Shown here piece by piece: positions 11,259 through 20,887 of a stretch of DNA of 64,000 bases. Source of the stretch: Bacteroidota bacterium (GTDB taxonomy: Bacteria > Bacteroidota > Bacteroidia > Flavobacteriales > Flavobacteriaceae); the NCBI GenBank assembly GCA_003650305.1, contig QMOV01000004.1, positions 1,194 to 65,193 of the forward strand, read 5' to 3'. Position numbers and translations under genes: made by a program. How positions within the stretch are numbered: position 1 is the stretch's first letter; the number at the start of each line of letters is the position of its first letter. The notes beneath the pieces were generated by a model. It saw only the letters and a list, made by a program, of their open reading frames with translations. It was not told the origin of the DNA and searched no databases.

Positions 11259-13208
11259 ATGGCAGACGATAAAAAAACTAATATAAATAATAAAAAACCA
11301 AAATTTAGTCCATATTGGGTTTATGGAATAATCATTGTTATATTTTTAGCTATTAATGTGTTTTCAGGACTAGGTTCTTCTACAGGAAGTATAACAACTC
11401 CTTCCGAATTTTTTAAGTATTTACAAGATGGCGATGTAGATAAAGTTCAAATTGTAAATAGACGAGAGGCGAAAATTTATTTAACAGATGAAGCTTTAAG
11501 AAAAGAAATTCATAAAAAGGCTATTAAGACTCAATTATTACCTATTTCAGGCAAATCTCCAAATTATCAATTTGAGTTTGGAGATCTTCAAAATTTTGAA
11601 AATCAATTAAGCAAAACTTTAAGAGATAACAATCTCACTACAGCCATTAACTATGAAACCGAACAAAATGTTTGGGGAGATTTTCTTTTAACGCTACTCC
11701 CATTTGTACTAATTATTGGCGTTTGGATTTTTATAATGAGACGTATGTCTGGTGGAGCAGGTGGAGGTGGAGGTGCTGGACAAATTTTCAATATCGGGAA
11801 ATCGAAAGCGAAATTGTTTGATCAAAATTCAGATGTTAAAACCTCATTTAAAGATGTTGCAGGATTAGAAGGAGCAAAAGAAGAAGTACAGGAAATTGTT
11901 GATTTTCTTAAGAACCCAGAAAAATACACTTCTCTTGGTGGTAAAATCCCTAAAGGAGCAATACTAATTGGAGCTCCTGGAACAGGAAAAACTTTATTGG
12001 CTAAAGCTGTAGCAGGCGAAGCTAAAGTGCCTTTTTTCTCACTTTCTGGATCAGATTTTGTCGAAATGTTTGTAGGTGTTGGTGCATCTAGAGTTAGAGA
12101 TTTATTTAAACAGGCAAAAGAAAAATCACCTTCAATTATTTTTATAGACGAAATAGATGCCATTGGTAGAGCTAGAGGTCGAAATGCAATGTCTGGAAGT
12201 AATGACGAACGAGAAAACACATTAAACCAACTGCTAACCGAAATGGATGGCTTTGGTACAAATACCAATGTTATTGTACTTGCCGCAACCAACAGAGCAG
12301 ATATTTTAGATAAGGCTCTTATGCGTGCAGGACGTTTTGATAGGCAAATATTTGTTGATCTACCAGATGTTAGAGAGCGTAAAGAAATATTTGAAGTTCA
12401 CTTAAGACCTATTAAAAAAGCAAGAGGTTTAGACATAGACTTTTTATCTAAACAAACTCCTGGATTTTCAGGTGCAGATATTGCAAATGTGTGTAATGAA
12501 GCTGCATTAATTGCTGCCCGAAAAGGAAAAAAATCTGTTGGTAAACAAGATTTTTTAGATGCTGTAGATAGAATTATTGGAGGCTTGGAGAAGAAGAATA
12601 AAATAATTACTCCAGCTGAAAAAAAAGCGGTTGCATTTCACGAAGCTGGTCATGCTACTGTAAGCTGGATGCTAGAGCATGCAGCACCTTTAGTTAAAGT
12701 AACTATTGTGCCCAGAGGTAGATCGTTAGGATCTGCTTGGTATTTGCCAGAAGAACGTTTAATTGTTCATCCAGAACAAATGCTGGACGAAATGTGTGCT
12801 GCTTTAGGTGGTCGTGCTGCAGAGAAAGTGATATTTAATAAAATATCTACTGGAGCACTTAGTGACCTAGAAAAAATAACCAAACAAGCAAGAGCTATGG
12901 TAACCGTTTATGGTTTGAGTGATAAAATAGGAAACCTAACTTATTATGATTCTTCTGGACAAAATGAATTTGGTTTCACTAAACCTTATAGTGAGAAAAC
13001 GGCAGAATTAATTGATAAAGAGATTTCTGATATTATTGAAGAACAATATCAGCGTGCTTTAAAAATATTAGAAACAAATAAAGATAAACTTACAGAACTT
13101 GCTGAAGTATTGCTGGACAAAGAAGTTATTTTTAGAGACAATTTAGAAAAAATCTTTGGCAAAAGACCTTTCGATAAAAAAGATGAAGACAGTACTGAAG
13201 AGGAGTAA
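11259..13208 (+). CDS. ftsH: ATP-dependent zinc metalloprotease FtsH
   Basis: 649 aa with two N-terminal TM segments, Walker A GAPGTGKT, Walker B IIFIDEIDA and the zinc site HEAGHA. Confidence 0.95.
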   Translation: MADDKKTNINNKKPKFSPYWVYGIIIVIFLAINVFSGLGSSTGSITTPSEFFKYLQDGDVDKVQIVNRREAKIYLTDEALRKEIHKKAIKTQLLPISGKSPNYQFEFGDLQNFENQLSKTLRDNNLTTAINYETEQNVWGDFLLTLLPFVLIIGVWIFIMRRMSGGAGGGGGAGQIFNIGKSKAKLFDQNSDVKTSFKDVAGLEGAKEEVQEIVDFLKNPEKYTSLGGKIPKGAILIGAPGTGKTLLAKAVAGEAKVPFFSLSGSDFVEMFVGVGASRVRDLFKQAKEKSPSIIFIDEIDAIGRARGRNAMSGSNDERENTLNQLLTEMDGFGTNTNVIVLAATNRADILDKALMRAGRFDRQIFVDLPDVRERKEIFEVHLRPIKKARGLDIDFLSKQTPGFSGADIANVCNEAALIAARKGKKSVGKQDFLDAVDRIIGGLEKKNKIITPAEKKAVAFHEAGHATVSWMLEHAAPLVKVTIVPRGRSLGSAWYLPEERLIVHPEQMLDEMCAALGGRAAEKVIFNKISTGALSDLEKITKQARAMVTVYGLSDKIGNLTYYDSSGQNEFGFTKPYSEKTAELIDKEISDIIEEQYQRALKILETNKDKLTELAEVLLDKEVIFRDNLEKIFGKRPFDKKDEDSTEEE

Positions 13209-13222
13209 AACCAATACAAATG

Positions 13223-13254
13223 CTTAAATTAAAGTATGGTTAATTTAAGTTTTT
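13223..13254 (+). terminator. intrinsic terminator after ftsH
   Basis: CTTAAATTA-N9-TAATTTAAG (9-bp AT-rich stem) followed by TTTTT, 15 nt after the ftsH stop. Confidence 0.5.
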
Positions 13255-13255
13255 A

Positions 13256-13263
13256 TATATTTG
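13256..13263 (+). promoter_or_regulatory. Bacteroidetes-type -7 box upstream of the LUD-cdsA-psd-ACBP cluster
   Basis: TATATTTG lies 43 nt upstream of ATG 13306, just after the ftsH terminator hairpin. Confidence 0.35.
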
Positions 13264-13305
13264 ATAAAAATTACGACTAAAAACTTGTTAATAGCAAAAT
13301 CCTAA

Positions 13306-13914
13306 ATGAGTCTATTTCGTAAAATCTTCGGCCCAAAATCTGACGACTCTCAAGAATATATCCAGAATGAGCAGCGCAGCAAATATATGCCAGAAATTAA
13401 ACTTCCAATAGATGAGCGTTTTACAATTAATTTTAAAGCTAATGGTGGAAAGTTTTTGTATTGTGAAGATTTAGATGAAGTAGACCAAAACCTAAACTCC
13501 ATTCTTCAGGAAAATGATTGGAAACAAAAAAAAGTACTGATATTAGATAACCAACTAGCTGAAAAATTTAAAGCTATTGATTTTGAAATTAGCAAAAACA
13601 TAAGTGATTGCACTTACTTTTTAACTGCCTGTGAATTTTTAATTTCTAATGATGGTTCTTTATTAATTTCTTCAAATCAAATTGCCCAAAAGAGACTTAA
13701 AGAACTCCCTTCTAACTTTATCATTTTTGCCACAACAAGTCAGTTTGTAGAAACTATTAGCGAGGGTTTAAAAGGTATTAAAAACAAAAACCGAAAAGAA
13801 ATACCAACAAATATTACTACAATTAAACACTTTAAAACCTGTGACGATAAAGATTTTCTTAGCTATGGAAGTAGTTCAAAAAACTTATATTTGCTCTTAT
13901 TAGAAGACTTATAA
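13306..13914 (+). CDS. LUD-domain (LutC/YkgG-like) protein
   Basis: 202-aa ORF abutting cdsA (its stop is directly followed by the cdsA ATG at 13915). The family is assigned by overall resemblance only. Confidence 0.45.
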   Translation: MSLFRKIFGPKSDDSQEYIQNEQRSKYMPEIKLPIDERFTINFKANGGKFLYCEDLDEVDQNLNSILQENDWKQKKVLILDNQLAEKFKAIDFEISKNISDCTYFLTACEFLISNDGSLLISSNQIAQKRLKELPSNFIIFATTSQFVETISEGLKGIKNKNRKEIPTNITTIKHFKTCDDKDFLSYGSSSKNLYLLLLEDL

Positions 13915-14736
13915 ATGAAGGAATTATTTATTAGAGCTATATCAGGCATTATATACGTATCCTTATTTTTACTAACATTAAACTCACAACACGCATTAAT
14001 TGTCTTATTTTTTATCTTTGGGTTAATTTGTCTTGTTGAATTTAATAAACTTATACAATTAAAAGGCGCAGTTTCATACATCTTATTTATCGTTCTATAT
14101 TTGTCTTTTGCGTATTGGCAGTTGGCTTTAGTATCTAACGAAGGTTTTAATGAAGCCATACAAATATTGCATGTGCTTACCATTTTTGTACAATTATTCT
14201 TAATAAGAGACTTGTTTTCAGAAAAAGCACTACCGCTTTTTATTACAAAACGTTATATTAATACAACACTGTATTTATCGAGTGCATTTATTTTTATAAT
14301 ACTTATTGCTAATTATTACGAATCTTTTAATCCCAATATACTACTAGGAGCATTTATTTTAGTTTGGGTCAACGATTCCTTTGCATTTTTAATTGGTAAA
14401 AATTTTGGGAAACAAAAACTCTTTCCAAGAATTTCACCAAAAAAAACGGTTGAAGGATTTTTAGGAGGCTTATTTTTTTCATGTGTAGCTAGTTATTTTG
14501 TTGCAGAATTTACTGGAACATTAAACTCTACAAATTGGTTAATTATGAGTGTTATTATTAGTGTTTTTGGGACTTTAGGCGATTTAATCGAATCTAAATA
14601 TAAGCGTCAAGCTAAAGTTAAAGATAGTGGTGTAATTATGCCAGGACATGGTGGACTATTAGATCGTTTAGATAGTATTATCTTTGCTGCGCCATTTATA
14701 TATTTGTTTTTAAGAATTTTAAAATATGTTTCATAA
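13915..14736 (+). CDS. cdsA: phosphatidate cytidylyltransferase
   Basis: 273-aa polytopic membrane protein with the CdsA signature ESKYKRQAKVKDSGVIMPGHGGLLDRLDS. Confidence 0.85.
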   Translation: MKELFIRAISGIIYVSLFLLTLNSQHALIVLFFIFGLICLVEFNKLIQLKGAVSYILFIVLYLSFAYWQLALVSNEGFNEAIQILHVLTIFVQLFLIRDLFSEKALPLFITKRYINTTLYLSSAFIFIILIANYYESFNPNILLGAFILVWVNDSFAFLIGKNFGKQKLFPRISPKKTVEGFLGGLFFSCVASYFVAEFTGTLNSTNWLIMSVIISVFGTLGDLIESKYKRQAKVKDSGVIMPGHGGLLDRLDSIIFAAPFIYLFLRILKYVS

Positions 14737-15376
14737 AGAAGGTTATAAAATCATTTTAGCAGCCTTGACATTGGTAGTTATTTCTATCTTTATTATAGAT
14801 AAATTCTTGGAAATTTATTGGTTTCAAAAGGGATTAGAAATACTTCTTTTAATATGTTTGTTGCTTGTCCTTCAATTCTTTAGAAACCCTAAAAGACATA
14901 CGATATTAAACAACAACCATGTATTGTCTCCTGTAGATGGTAAAGTAGTAGTTATTGAAGAAGTTTTTGAAAGCGAATATTTTAACGACAAACGCATACA
15001 GGTAAGTGTGTTTATGTCGCCATTAAATGTGCATGTTACTCGTTATCCAATAGGTGGCAATGTAGTGTTTAATAAATACCATCCAGGTAAATACTTGGTT
15101 GCATGGCATCCTAAATCTAGTGAAGAAAATGAGCGCACAACTGTTGTAATAAATAATGAAATATATGGTAAAGTGTTATATCGACAAATTGCAGGTGCAC
15201 TGGCAAGACGTATTGTAAACTATGCCAAACAAAACGCTACAGCTACTCAAGGTAGTGATTCTGGTTTTATTAAATTTGGTTCGAGAGTAGATTTATTTTT
15301 ACCTTTAGACACAATTATTAACGTGAAGCTCAACCAAAAGGTTCGTGGAGGCGAAAGTATTATTGCCAAAAAATAA
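14726..15376 (+). CDS. psd: phosphatidylserine decarboxylase proenzyme
   Basis: 216 aa with an N-terminal membrane anchor and a C-terminal FGSRVD self-cleavage-type motif. It overlaps cdsA by 11 nt. Confidence 0.85.
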   Translation: MFHKEGYKIILAALTLVVISIFIIDKFLEIYWFQKGLEILLLICLLLVLQFFRNPKRHTILNNNHVLSPVDGKVVVIEEVFESEYFNDKRIQVSVFMSPLNVHVTRYPIGGNVVFNKYHPGKYLVAWHPKSSEENERTTVVINNEIYGKVLYRQIAGALARRIVNYAKQNATATQGSDSGFIKFGSRVDLFLPLDTIINVKLNQKVRGGESIIAKK

Positions 15377-15642
15377 TGGATTCTGAAAAATTAGACATAG
15401 AATTTAAAAAAGCCATAAAACGTGTAAATGCTCATACTGACCCATTTCCTGCCGATACCTTATTGCGAATCTATGCTTACTACAAAAAAGCAACTAATGA
15501 CTATAGCAGACCAAGTAGCAGAACGCCAATCATAAATGCATTTAAGACCAATGCATTATTTCAAACAAAAGATATTACTGAAGATGAAGCCAAGCGCATT
15601 TATATTGATTTAGTGAATGATTACTTCTTGGATAAAAAGTAA
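15376..15642 (+). CDS. acyl-CoA-binding protein (ACBP)
   Basis: 88 aa with ACBP-type helix motifs (PADTLLRIYAYYKKATND ... AFKTNALFQ). Its ATG overlaps the psd stop by 1 nt (TAATG). Confidence 0.7.
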   Translation: MDSEKLDIEFKKAIKRVNAHTDPFPADTLLRIYAYYKKATNDYSRPSSRTPIINAFKTNALFQTKDITEDEAKRIYIDLVNDYFLDKK

Positions 15643-15665
15643 AATAGCCTTGCAATAATTATCCT

Positions 15666-15695
15666 TGACTTTGTGATAGACGAAGTCACATTTTT
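15666..15695 (+). terminator. weak hairpin terminator after the ACBP gene
   Basis: TGACTT-N11-AAGTCA followed by CATTTTT. The stem is short. Confidence 0.3.
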
Positions 15696-15827
15696 GATTT
15701 CAAAAAAATTCTACCACCAAATCAAATAAATTGTATTAGTATTTTTTTTACTGTTAAATTCTATAATACTTGAAGTTAAAAAATAAATTTTTCGTATCTT
15801 AAGCTGTCTTTTTAAATCAATTTTATT

Positions 15828-17138
15828 ATGAAAAAAGAAATCATAAATAAAACCATGAAGTTCTTTATTTCTTCTTTGGTTTTAATACTTTTATTTGGAT
15901 ATCATCATAATACTCATGCTGCAATTTTACTTCAAGAAGATATTCAACAAAACATACAGTCTTATACAGAATTTAAAGGTATTGTTGTTGACAGTAAAAC
16001 CAAAGAACCTTTAATTTTTGCAGATATAACTGTTAATAGCACTAATATTAGAACTGTAACTAATAAAGAAGGTAAATTTTTACTCAAGGTTCCTAATAAC
16101 CTATTAGATAAAATGATAACAGTTTCTTTTTTAGGGTACGAAAAGCAAGAAATTCCACTTCAAAATTTGAAAAATAGAAATAATAAAATAGCACTTAGTA
16201 TTTCTATTACCAAATTAACACAAGTTAAAATTAACGTTCCAAAAGATGCTGAAACTTTGGTGAGAATGACTTTAAATACAAGAGGAGGAAACTATTATAA
16301 TGAGCAAGCTATAATGACAGCTTTTTATAGAGAAACCATTAAAAAGCGTAAAAAGAATGCGTCTTTGTCTGAAGCAGTTGTGGAAATTTATAAACAGCCT
16401 TACGCATCAAATAAAAATGATGCTATTAGGCTCATTAAATCACGAAAAAATACCAATTACTCTAGACTTGATACGCTTGCAATAAAACTACAAGGTGGTC
16501 CATTTAGTACATTATATGCAGATATTGTAAAGTATCCTGAATATATATTTACTGAAGATACGTTTCCTTATTATGAATTTAGTTTTGAACCTTCTACACA
16601 AATCAATGATCGACAGGTATATGTTGTAAAATTTAAACAACTTCCAAATGTATTTTCTCCATTTTATTATGGTAAATTATTTATAGATTCTGAGACTTTT
16701 GCACTAACAAGTGCTGTATATAATCTTAATGTTGAAAACAGAAAACAAGCCAGTGCATTGTTTCTTCGTAAAAAGCCTAGAAAGGTTACTGTTTACCCAA
16801 CTGAAGCAACATATAGAGTAGATTATAAAACAACAAATGGAAAATGGTATTATGGTTACAGTAACATACAACTAGCTTTTAAAGTGAAGTGGAAAAACAA
16901 ACTTTTTAGCAGTAACTATACATTAAGTATAGAAATGGCTATAACAGACTGGGAGAAAAATACCACAGGGAAAAAGAAACCCAAAAATAGTTTAAAACCA
17001 ACTGTTATTTTAAGTGATGAAGCTTCTGGGTTTTCGGATCCTGAATTTTGGGGAAAATACAACATTATAGAACCCGAAAAATCTATTGAATCTGCTATAA
17101 GAAAAATAGCCAAACAACTTAAACGTATTCAAAGTTAA
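15828..17138 (+). CDS. carboxypeptidase-like regulatory domain-containing protein (secreted or outer membrane)
   Basis: 436 aa with a signal peptide followed by a CarboxypepD_reg-type beta-sandwich motif (FKGIVVDSKTKEPLIFADITVNSTNIRTVTNKEGKFLLKVP). Confidence 0.55.
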   Translation: MKKEIINKTMKFFISSLVLILLFGYHHNTHAAILLQEDIQQNIQSYTEFKGIVVDSKTKEPLIFADITVNSTNIRTVTNKEGKFLLKVPNNLLDKMITVSFLGYEKQEIPLQNLKNRNNKIALSISITKLTQVKINVPKDAETLVRMTLNTRGGNYYNEQAIMTAFYRETIKKRKKNASLSEAVVEIYKQPYASNKNDAIRLIKSRKNTNYSRLDTLAIKLQGGPFSTLYADIVKYPEYIFTEDTFPYYEFSFEPSTQINDRQVYVVKFKQLPNVFSPFYYGKLFIDSETFALTSAVYNLNVENRKQASALFLRKKPRKVTVYPTEATYRVDYKTTNGKWYYGYSNIQLAFKVKWKNKLFSSNYTLSIEMAITDWEKNTTGKKKPKNSLKPTVILSDEASGFSDPEFWGKYNIIEPEKSIESAIRKIAKQLKRIQS

Positions 17139-18435
17139 TGACTTCGCCATAAAGGTCGAAGTCTGTTGCATCAGTAATTTTTACAAAGGTAAATTCGCCA
17201 GTTTTTAGATAGGTTTTAGTAGTATAGATTAGCACTTCGTTATCAACATCTGGAGAATCAAACTCTGTACGACCAATAAAATAATCGCCTTCTTTTCTAT
17301 CAATGACTACTTTAAAGGTTTTGCCAATTTTTTCTTGGTTAAGTTCCCACGAAATTTGAGATTGCAATTCCATAATAGCGTTAGCACGTTCTTGTTTAAC
17401 ATCTTCAGGCACATCATCTACCAAATTGTAAGCATGTGTATTTTCTTCATGCGAATATGTAAAACATCCTAAACGCTCAAAACGCATTGCTGCAACCCAT
17501 TCTTTAAGTTCATGAAAATGTTCTTCAGTTTCACCTGGATAACCAACAATAAGTGTCGTTCTTATTGTCATATCTGGAACTGTTTCACGAAACTCTTTAA
17601 GCAGTTTTGTAGTTTTATCTTTAGTAGTGCCACGACGCATACTTTTTAAAAGTTCATCAGAAATATGCTGCAATGGAATATCTATATAATTACAAATTTT
17701 TGGTTCGTTTTTCATTACTTCCAACACATCCATAGGAAATCCTGTTGGAAACGCATAATGCAAACGAATCCATTCTATACCTTCAACTTTTACAAGAGCT
17801 TGAAGCAATTCTGCAAGGTTTCGTTTTTTATAAATATCAAGACCATAATAGGTTAAATCCTGAGCAATTAAAATTAATTCTTTAACGCCATTGGTCGCTA
17901 ATTTCTCTGCTTCAATAACAATATCTTCAATTGGAGTAGAGCGATGTTTACCTCGCATAATTGGTATCGCACAAAAACTACAAGGTCTGTCGCAACCTTC
18001 AGCAATTTTTAAAAAGGCATAATTTTTTGGCGTGGTTGTTAAGCGTTCTCCTATAAGTTCGTGTTTATAATCTGAGCCAAGTACTTTAAGTAAACTAGGA
18101 AGTTCAGTAGTACCAAAATACTGATCTACATCTGGAATTTCTTTTTGTAAATCGGGTTTGTAACGTTCGCTCAAACAACCTGTAACATATAATTTATCAA
18201 CTTTACCTTTTTGTTTTTTATTAACGTATTCTAAAATTGTATTTACACTTTCTTCTTTAGCATTATTAATAAAACCACAAGTATTAATAACTACAATATT
18301 ACCTTCTTCTTCATGAACAACATCTTTACCATTTGCCTTAAGTTGTCCCATTAATACTTCGCTATCGTAAACATTTTTACTACAGCCAAGCGTTACTACG
18401 TTGATCTTGTTTTTTTTGAGTGATTTAGTTCTCAT
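17119..18435 (-). CDS. rimO: ribosomal protein S12 methylthiotransferase RimO
   Basis: 438 aa with MTTase N-terminal cysteines (LGCSKN, NTCGF), the radical-SAM motif CDRPCSFCAIP and a C-terminal TRAM-like domain. Confidence 0.85.
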   Translation of the reverse strand: MRTKSLKKNKINVVTLGCSKNVYDSEVLMGQLKANGKDVVHEEEGNIVVINTCGFINNAKEESVNTILEYVNKKQKGKVDKLYVTGCLSERYKPDLQKEIPDVDQYFGTTELPSLLKVLGSDYKHELIGERLTTTPKNYAFLKIAEGCDRPCSFCAIPIMRGKHRSTPIEDIVIEAEKLATNGVKELILIAQDLTYYGLDIYKKRNLAELLQALVKVEGIEWIRLHYAFPTGFPMDVLEVMKNEPKICNYIDIPLQHISDELLKSMRRGTTKDKTTKLLKEFRETVPDMTIRTTLIVGYPGETEEHFHELKEWVAAMRFERLGCFTYSHEENTHAYNLVDDVPEDVKQERANAIMELQSQISWELNQEKIGKTFKVVIDRKEGDYFIGRTEFDSPDVDNEVLIYTTKTYLKTGEFTFVKITDATDFDLYGEVINFEYV

Positions 18436-18514
18436 TCCTTAATTTTGGTTTGCAAAGATACGACCTATATTAATCCTTTTGTATATTTATATGTCTTAAA
18501 TACCTAAGCCTAAC

Positions 18515-19606
18515 ATGAAGCATTTACAAATTTTAGCTATTTTAATTAGCTTTCTGGTATTTAGTTGTAGTTCAACTAATGATGAAATTCCTAATGAAAA
18601 TGAATCAGATTTAGGTTTATACTTTCCTCCAGTAAATTCAAATGAATGGGAAACACAAACTGTTAATGAGTTGGGTTGGAACGATTCAGCAATGCAGGCT
18701 TTATTTAGTTTACTTGAAGAGAAAGACACGAAAGCGTTCATGATTTTAAAAGATGGGAAAATAGTAGTTGAAAACTATTTTAATGGTGGAAGTTCTACTG
18801 ATGATAACGCGTGGAATTCAGCAGGAAAAACACTTTCAGCATTTACAATAGGTATTGCACAACAAGAAGGTTTTTTAGACATAAGCAACCCTTCAAAAGA
18901 TTATTTAGGAAGCAATTGGTCTAATTTAACAACCGAACAAGAACAAAATATTACTGTATTCAATCATTTAACAATGACTACAGGATTAGATTATACAAAT
19001 ATTTTACTGCAAAATTGTACGCTTCCAAGCTGTTTCAATTATTTAAATGAACCTAGTAGTTTTTGGTATTATCATAATGGTGCTTATACACTCACTCAAA
19101 ACATAGTTGAAGGTGCAATTGGAAGCGATTTTTCAGCTTACTTTAATTCTAAATTAAGAGATAGAATTGGCATGCAAGGCGAGTGGGTTTCTTTAGGATT
19201 TAATAGCATTTATTTTAGTACAGCTAGAAGTATGGCACGTTTCGGATTACTTAATTTAAACCAAGGCATTTGGGAAGATACTGTAGTTTTAAACGATATT
19301 AATTATTTTATTGAAATGACTAATACTTCTCAAAACTTAAATAAATCTTATGGATATTTATGGTGGTTAAATGGTAAAGAAAGTTTTAGAAGTCCAGGTT
19401 TAACTTTAGAATTTCAAGGTTCATTAATAATTAATGCTCCTGATGATTTAATTGCAGCCTTAGGAAAAAATGATCAGAAATTATATATAGTACCTAGCCA
19501 AAACCTTGTTATTGTTAGAATGGGAGGTGATGCTGGCGAAGCCCTTCTTGGACCTTCAAGTTTTGATAATGACCTTTGGGAGAAAATAAACGCTTTAATA
19601 AACTAA
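18515..19606 (+). CDS. beta-lactamase-family serine hydrolase, lipoprotein
   Basis: 363 aa with a lipoprotein-type signal (ISFLVFSCSS) and an SxxK motif (NSAGKT). Confidence 0.65.
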   Translation: MKHLQILAILISFLVFSCSSTNDEIPNENESDLGLYFPPVNSNEWETQTVNELGWNDSAMQALFSLLEEKDTKAFMILKDGKIVVENYFNGGSSTDDNAWNSAGKTLSAFTIGIAQQEGFLDISNPSKDYLGSNWSNLTTEQEQNITVFNHLTMTTGLDYTNILLQNCTLPSCFNYLNEPSSFWYYHNGAYTLTQNIVEGAIGSDFSAYFNSKLRDRIGMQGEWVSLGFNSIYFSTARSMARFGLLNLNQGIWEDTVVLNDINYFIEMTNTSQNLNKSYGYLWWLNGKESFRSPGLTLEFQGSLIINAPDDLIAALGKNDQKLYIVPSQNLVIVRMGGDAGEALLGPSSFDNDLWEKINALIN

Positions 19607-19624
19607 CAAAAGGCTATTACTAAT

Positions 19625-20578
19625 TTACTTAAAAAAAGAATCTACAAACTCGTATTTATTAAATACTTGCAAATCTTCAATACCTTCTCCTACACCAATA
19701 TATTTTACTGGTATTTGAAATTGGTCACTAATACCAATTACGACACCACCTTTTGCTGTTCCGTCGAGTTTAGTAACAGCAAGCGAAGATACTTCGGTTG
19801 CTGCAGTAAATTGTTTGGCTTGTTCAAATGCGTTTTGTCCTGTAGAGCCATCTAAAACTAAAAGCACATCGTGTGGTGCTTCGCCAACAACTTTTTGCAT
19901 CACACGTTTTACTTTTGTTAATTCGTTCATTAAATTAACTTTATTGTGAAGTCTTCCTGCTGTATCAATAATTACAACATCTGCATTTTGGGTCACAGCA
20001 CTTTGCAATGTATCGAAAGCTACTGAAGCAGGATCACTTCCCATTTCTTGCTTTATCATTGGTACATCTACACGATCTGCCCATATTTGTAATTGGTCTA
20101 TTGCAGCTGCACGAAACGTATCTGCGGCTCCAAGAACAACTTTTAAGCCTTGCTTTTTAAATTGATACGCTAACTTGCCAATAGTTGTTGTTTTGCCAAC
20201 ACCATTAACACCAACCACCATAATAACGTGTGGTTTAATTCCTTCAGGAATTGTAAATTCTGTTGCTTCGCCTGAATTGGTTTCAGATAATAATCCTGCA
20301 ATCTCTTCTCGAAGTATTTTATTTAACTCTTCAGTTCCTAAATATTTGTTTTTTGCTACTCGATCTTCAATACGCTCAATCACTTTAAGCGTTGTGTTAA
20401 CACCAACATCACTAGTTACAAGGACTTCTTCTAGATTATCTAAAACCTCATCATCTACTTTAGATTTTCCAGCAACAGCTTTACTTAACTTATTTAAGAA
20501 GCTGGTTTTAGATTTTTCTAAACCTTTATCTAGTGTTTCTTTTTTATCGGAAGAAAATATTTTTTTTAAAAAACTCAT
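19625..20578 (-). CDS. ftsY: signal recognition particle receptor FtsY
   Basis: 317 aa with SRP-GTPase motifs GVNGVGKTTTIGKLA, DTAGR and TKLDGTAKGG. Confidence 0.93.
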   Translation of the reverse strand: MSFLKKIFSSDKKETLDKGLEKSKTSFLNKLSKAVAGKSKVDDEVLDNLEEVLVTSDVGVNTTLKVIERIEDRVAKNKYLGTEELNKILREEIAGLLSETNSGEATEFTIPEGIKPHVIMVVGVNGVGKTTTIGKLAYQFKKQGLKVVLGAADTFRAAAIDQLQIWADRVDVPMIKQEMGSDPASVAFDTLQSAVTQNADVVIIDTAGRLHNKVNLMNELTKVKRVMQKVVGEAPHDVLLVLDGSTGQNAFEQAKQFTAATEVSSLAVTKLDGTAKGGVVIGISDQFQIPVKYIGVGEGIEDLQVFNKYEFVDSFFK

Positions 20579-20613
20579 TCTTTAACGTTTATTCGTTTGT
20601 TGTTTATTTGTTT

Positions 20614-20630
20614 AGGAATTGTGAATTCCT
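20614..20630. repeat. perfect 7-3-7 palindrome AGGAATT-GTG-AATTCCT upstream of ftsY
   Basis: Read directly. It lies 36 nt from the ftsY start and shares the GGAAT/ATTCC core of the repeat family. Confidence 0.7.
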
Positions 20631-20676
20631 TTTTGCGTTAAGGATTAAGCAATCTGTTTGAGCTTTTTATGTTGTG

Positions 20677-20700
20677 GATTCCTGCTTTCGCAGGAATGAC
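20677..20700 (+). repeat. short hairpin repeat GATTCCTGC-TTTC-GCAGGAATGAC (GGAATGAC family)
   Basis: 8-bp stem ATTCCTGC/GCAGGAAT. Related copies are at 20888-20926, 32656-32679 (reverse) and 32922-33013 (expanded). Confidence 0.8.
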
Positions 20701-20775
20701 AAAACGGAAAAGCGAGTTGCGAAAGCCTGACCTCAACTTCGCGAAACGCTACGTTGAGCGAGCGAGGGAACTCCT
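20701..20775. repeat. GC-rich structured block next to the hairpin repeat
   Basis: About 54% G+C by hand count over 20701-20774, in an otherwise very AT-rich gap. It contains CTCAAC-TTCGCGAA-ACGCTAC-GTTGAG, a stem enclosing the self-complementary TTCGCGAA. Confidence 0.6.
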
Positions 20776-20887
20776 AAATTAATTATAACAATAGCCTTGC
20801 CCTTTTATGACTTCGGAAAAATTGTCATAAATTTTAGGCATAAAGAAAAACAATATTTTCTAAATATATTCTCAGGTTCAATAAAAA

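Noticed and set aside
15643-15653. Shared 11-mer AATAGCCTTGC at 15643 and 20800 as another repeat family.
   Set aside because: An 11-nt match between two sites is expected many times by chance in 64 kb on both strands, and the flanks do not align.
20726-20733. Possible SRP RNA next to ftsY, because the minus strand reads AGGTCAGG.
   Set aside because: Only these 8 nt resemble the SRP RNA domain IV consensus. The GGAA tetraloop context and the flanking conserved helix are absent, so this is a chance match.
20669-20782. A 37-codon ORF, MLWIPAFAGMTKRKSELRKPDLNFAKRYVERARELLN, in the ftsY-rpmG gap.
   Set aside because: It is simply the translation of the GATTCCTGCTTTCGCAGGAATGAC hairpin repeat plus the GC-rich block. 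IPAFAGMT-type peptides are, as far as I recall, recurrent artefacts of this repeat class. There is no promoter or start context to support it.
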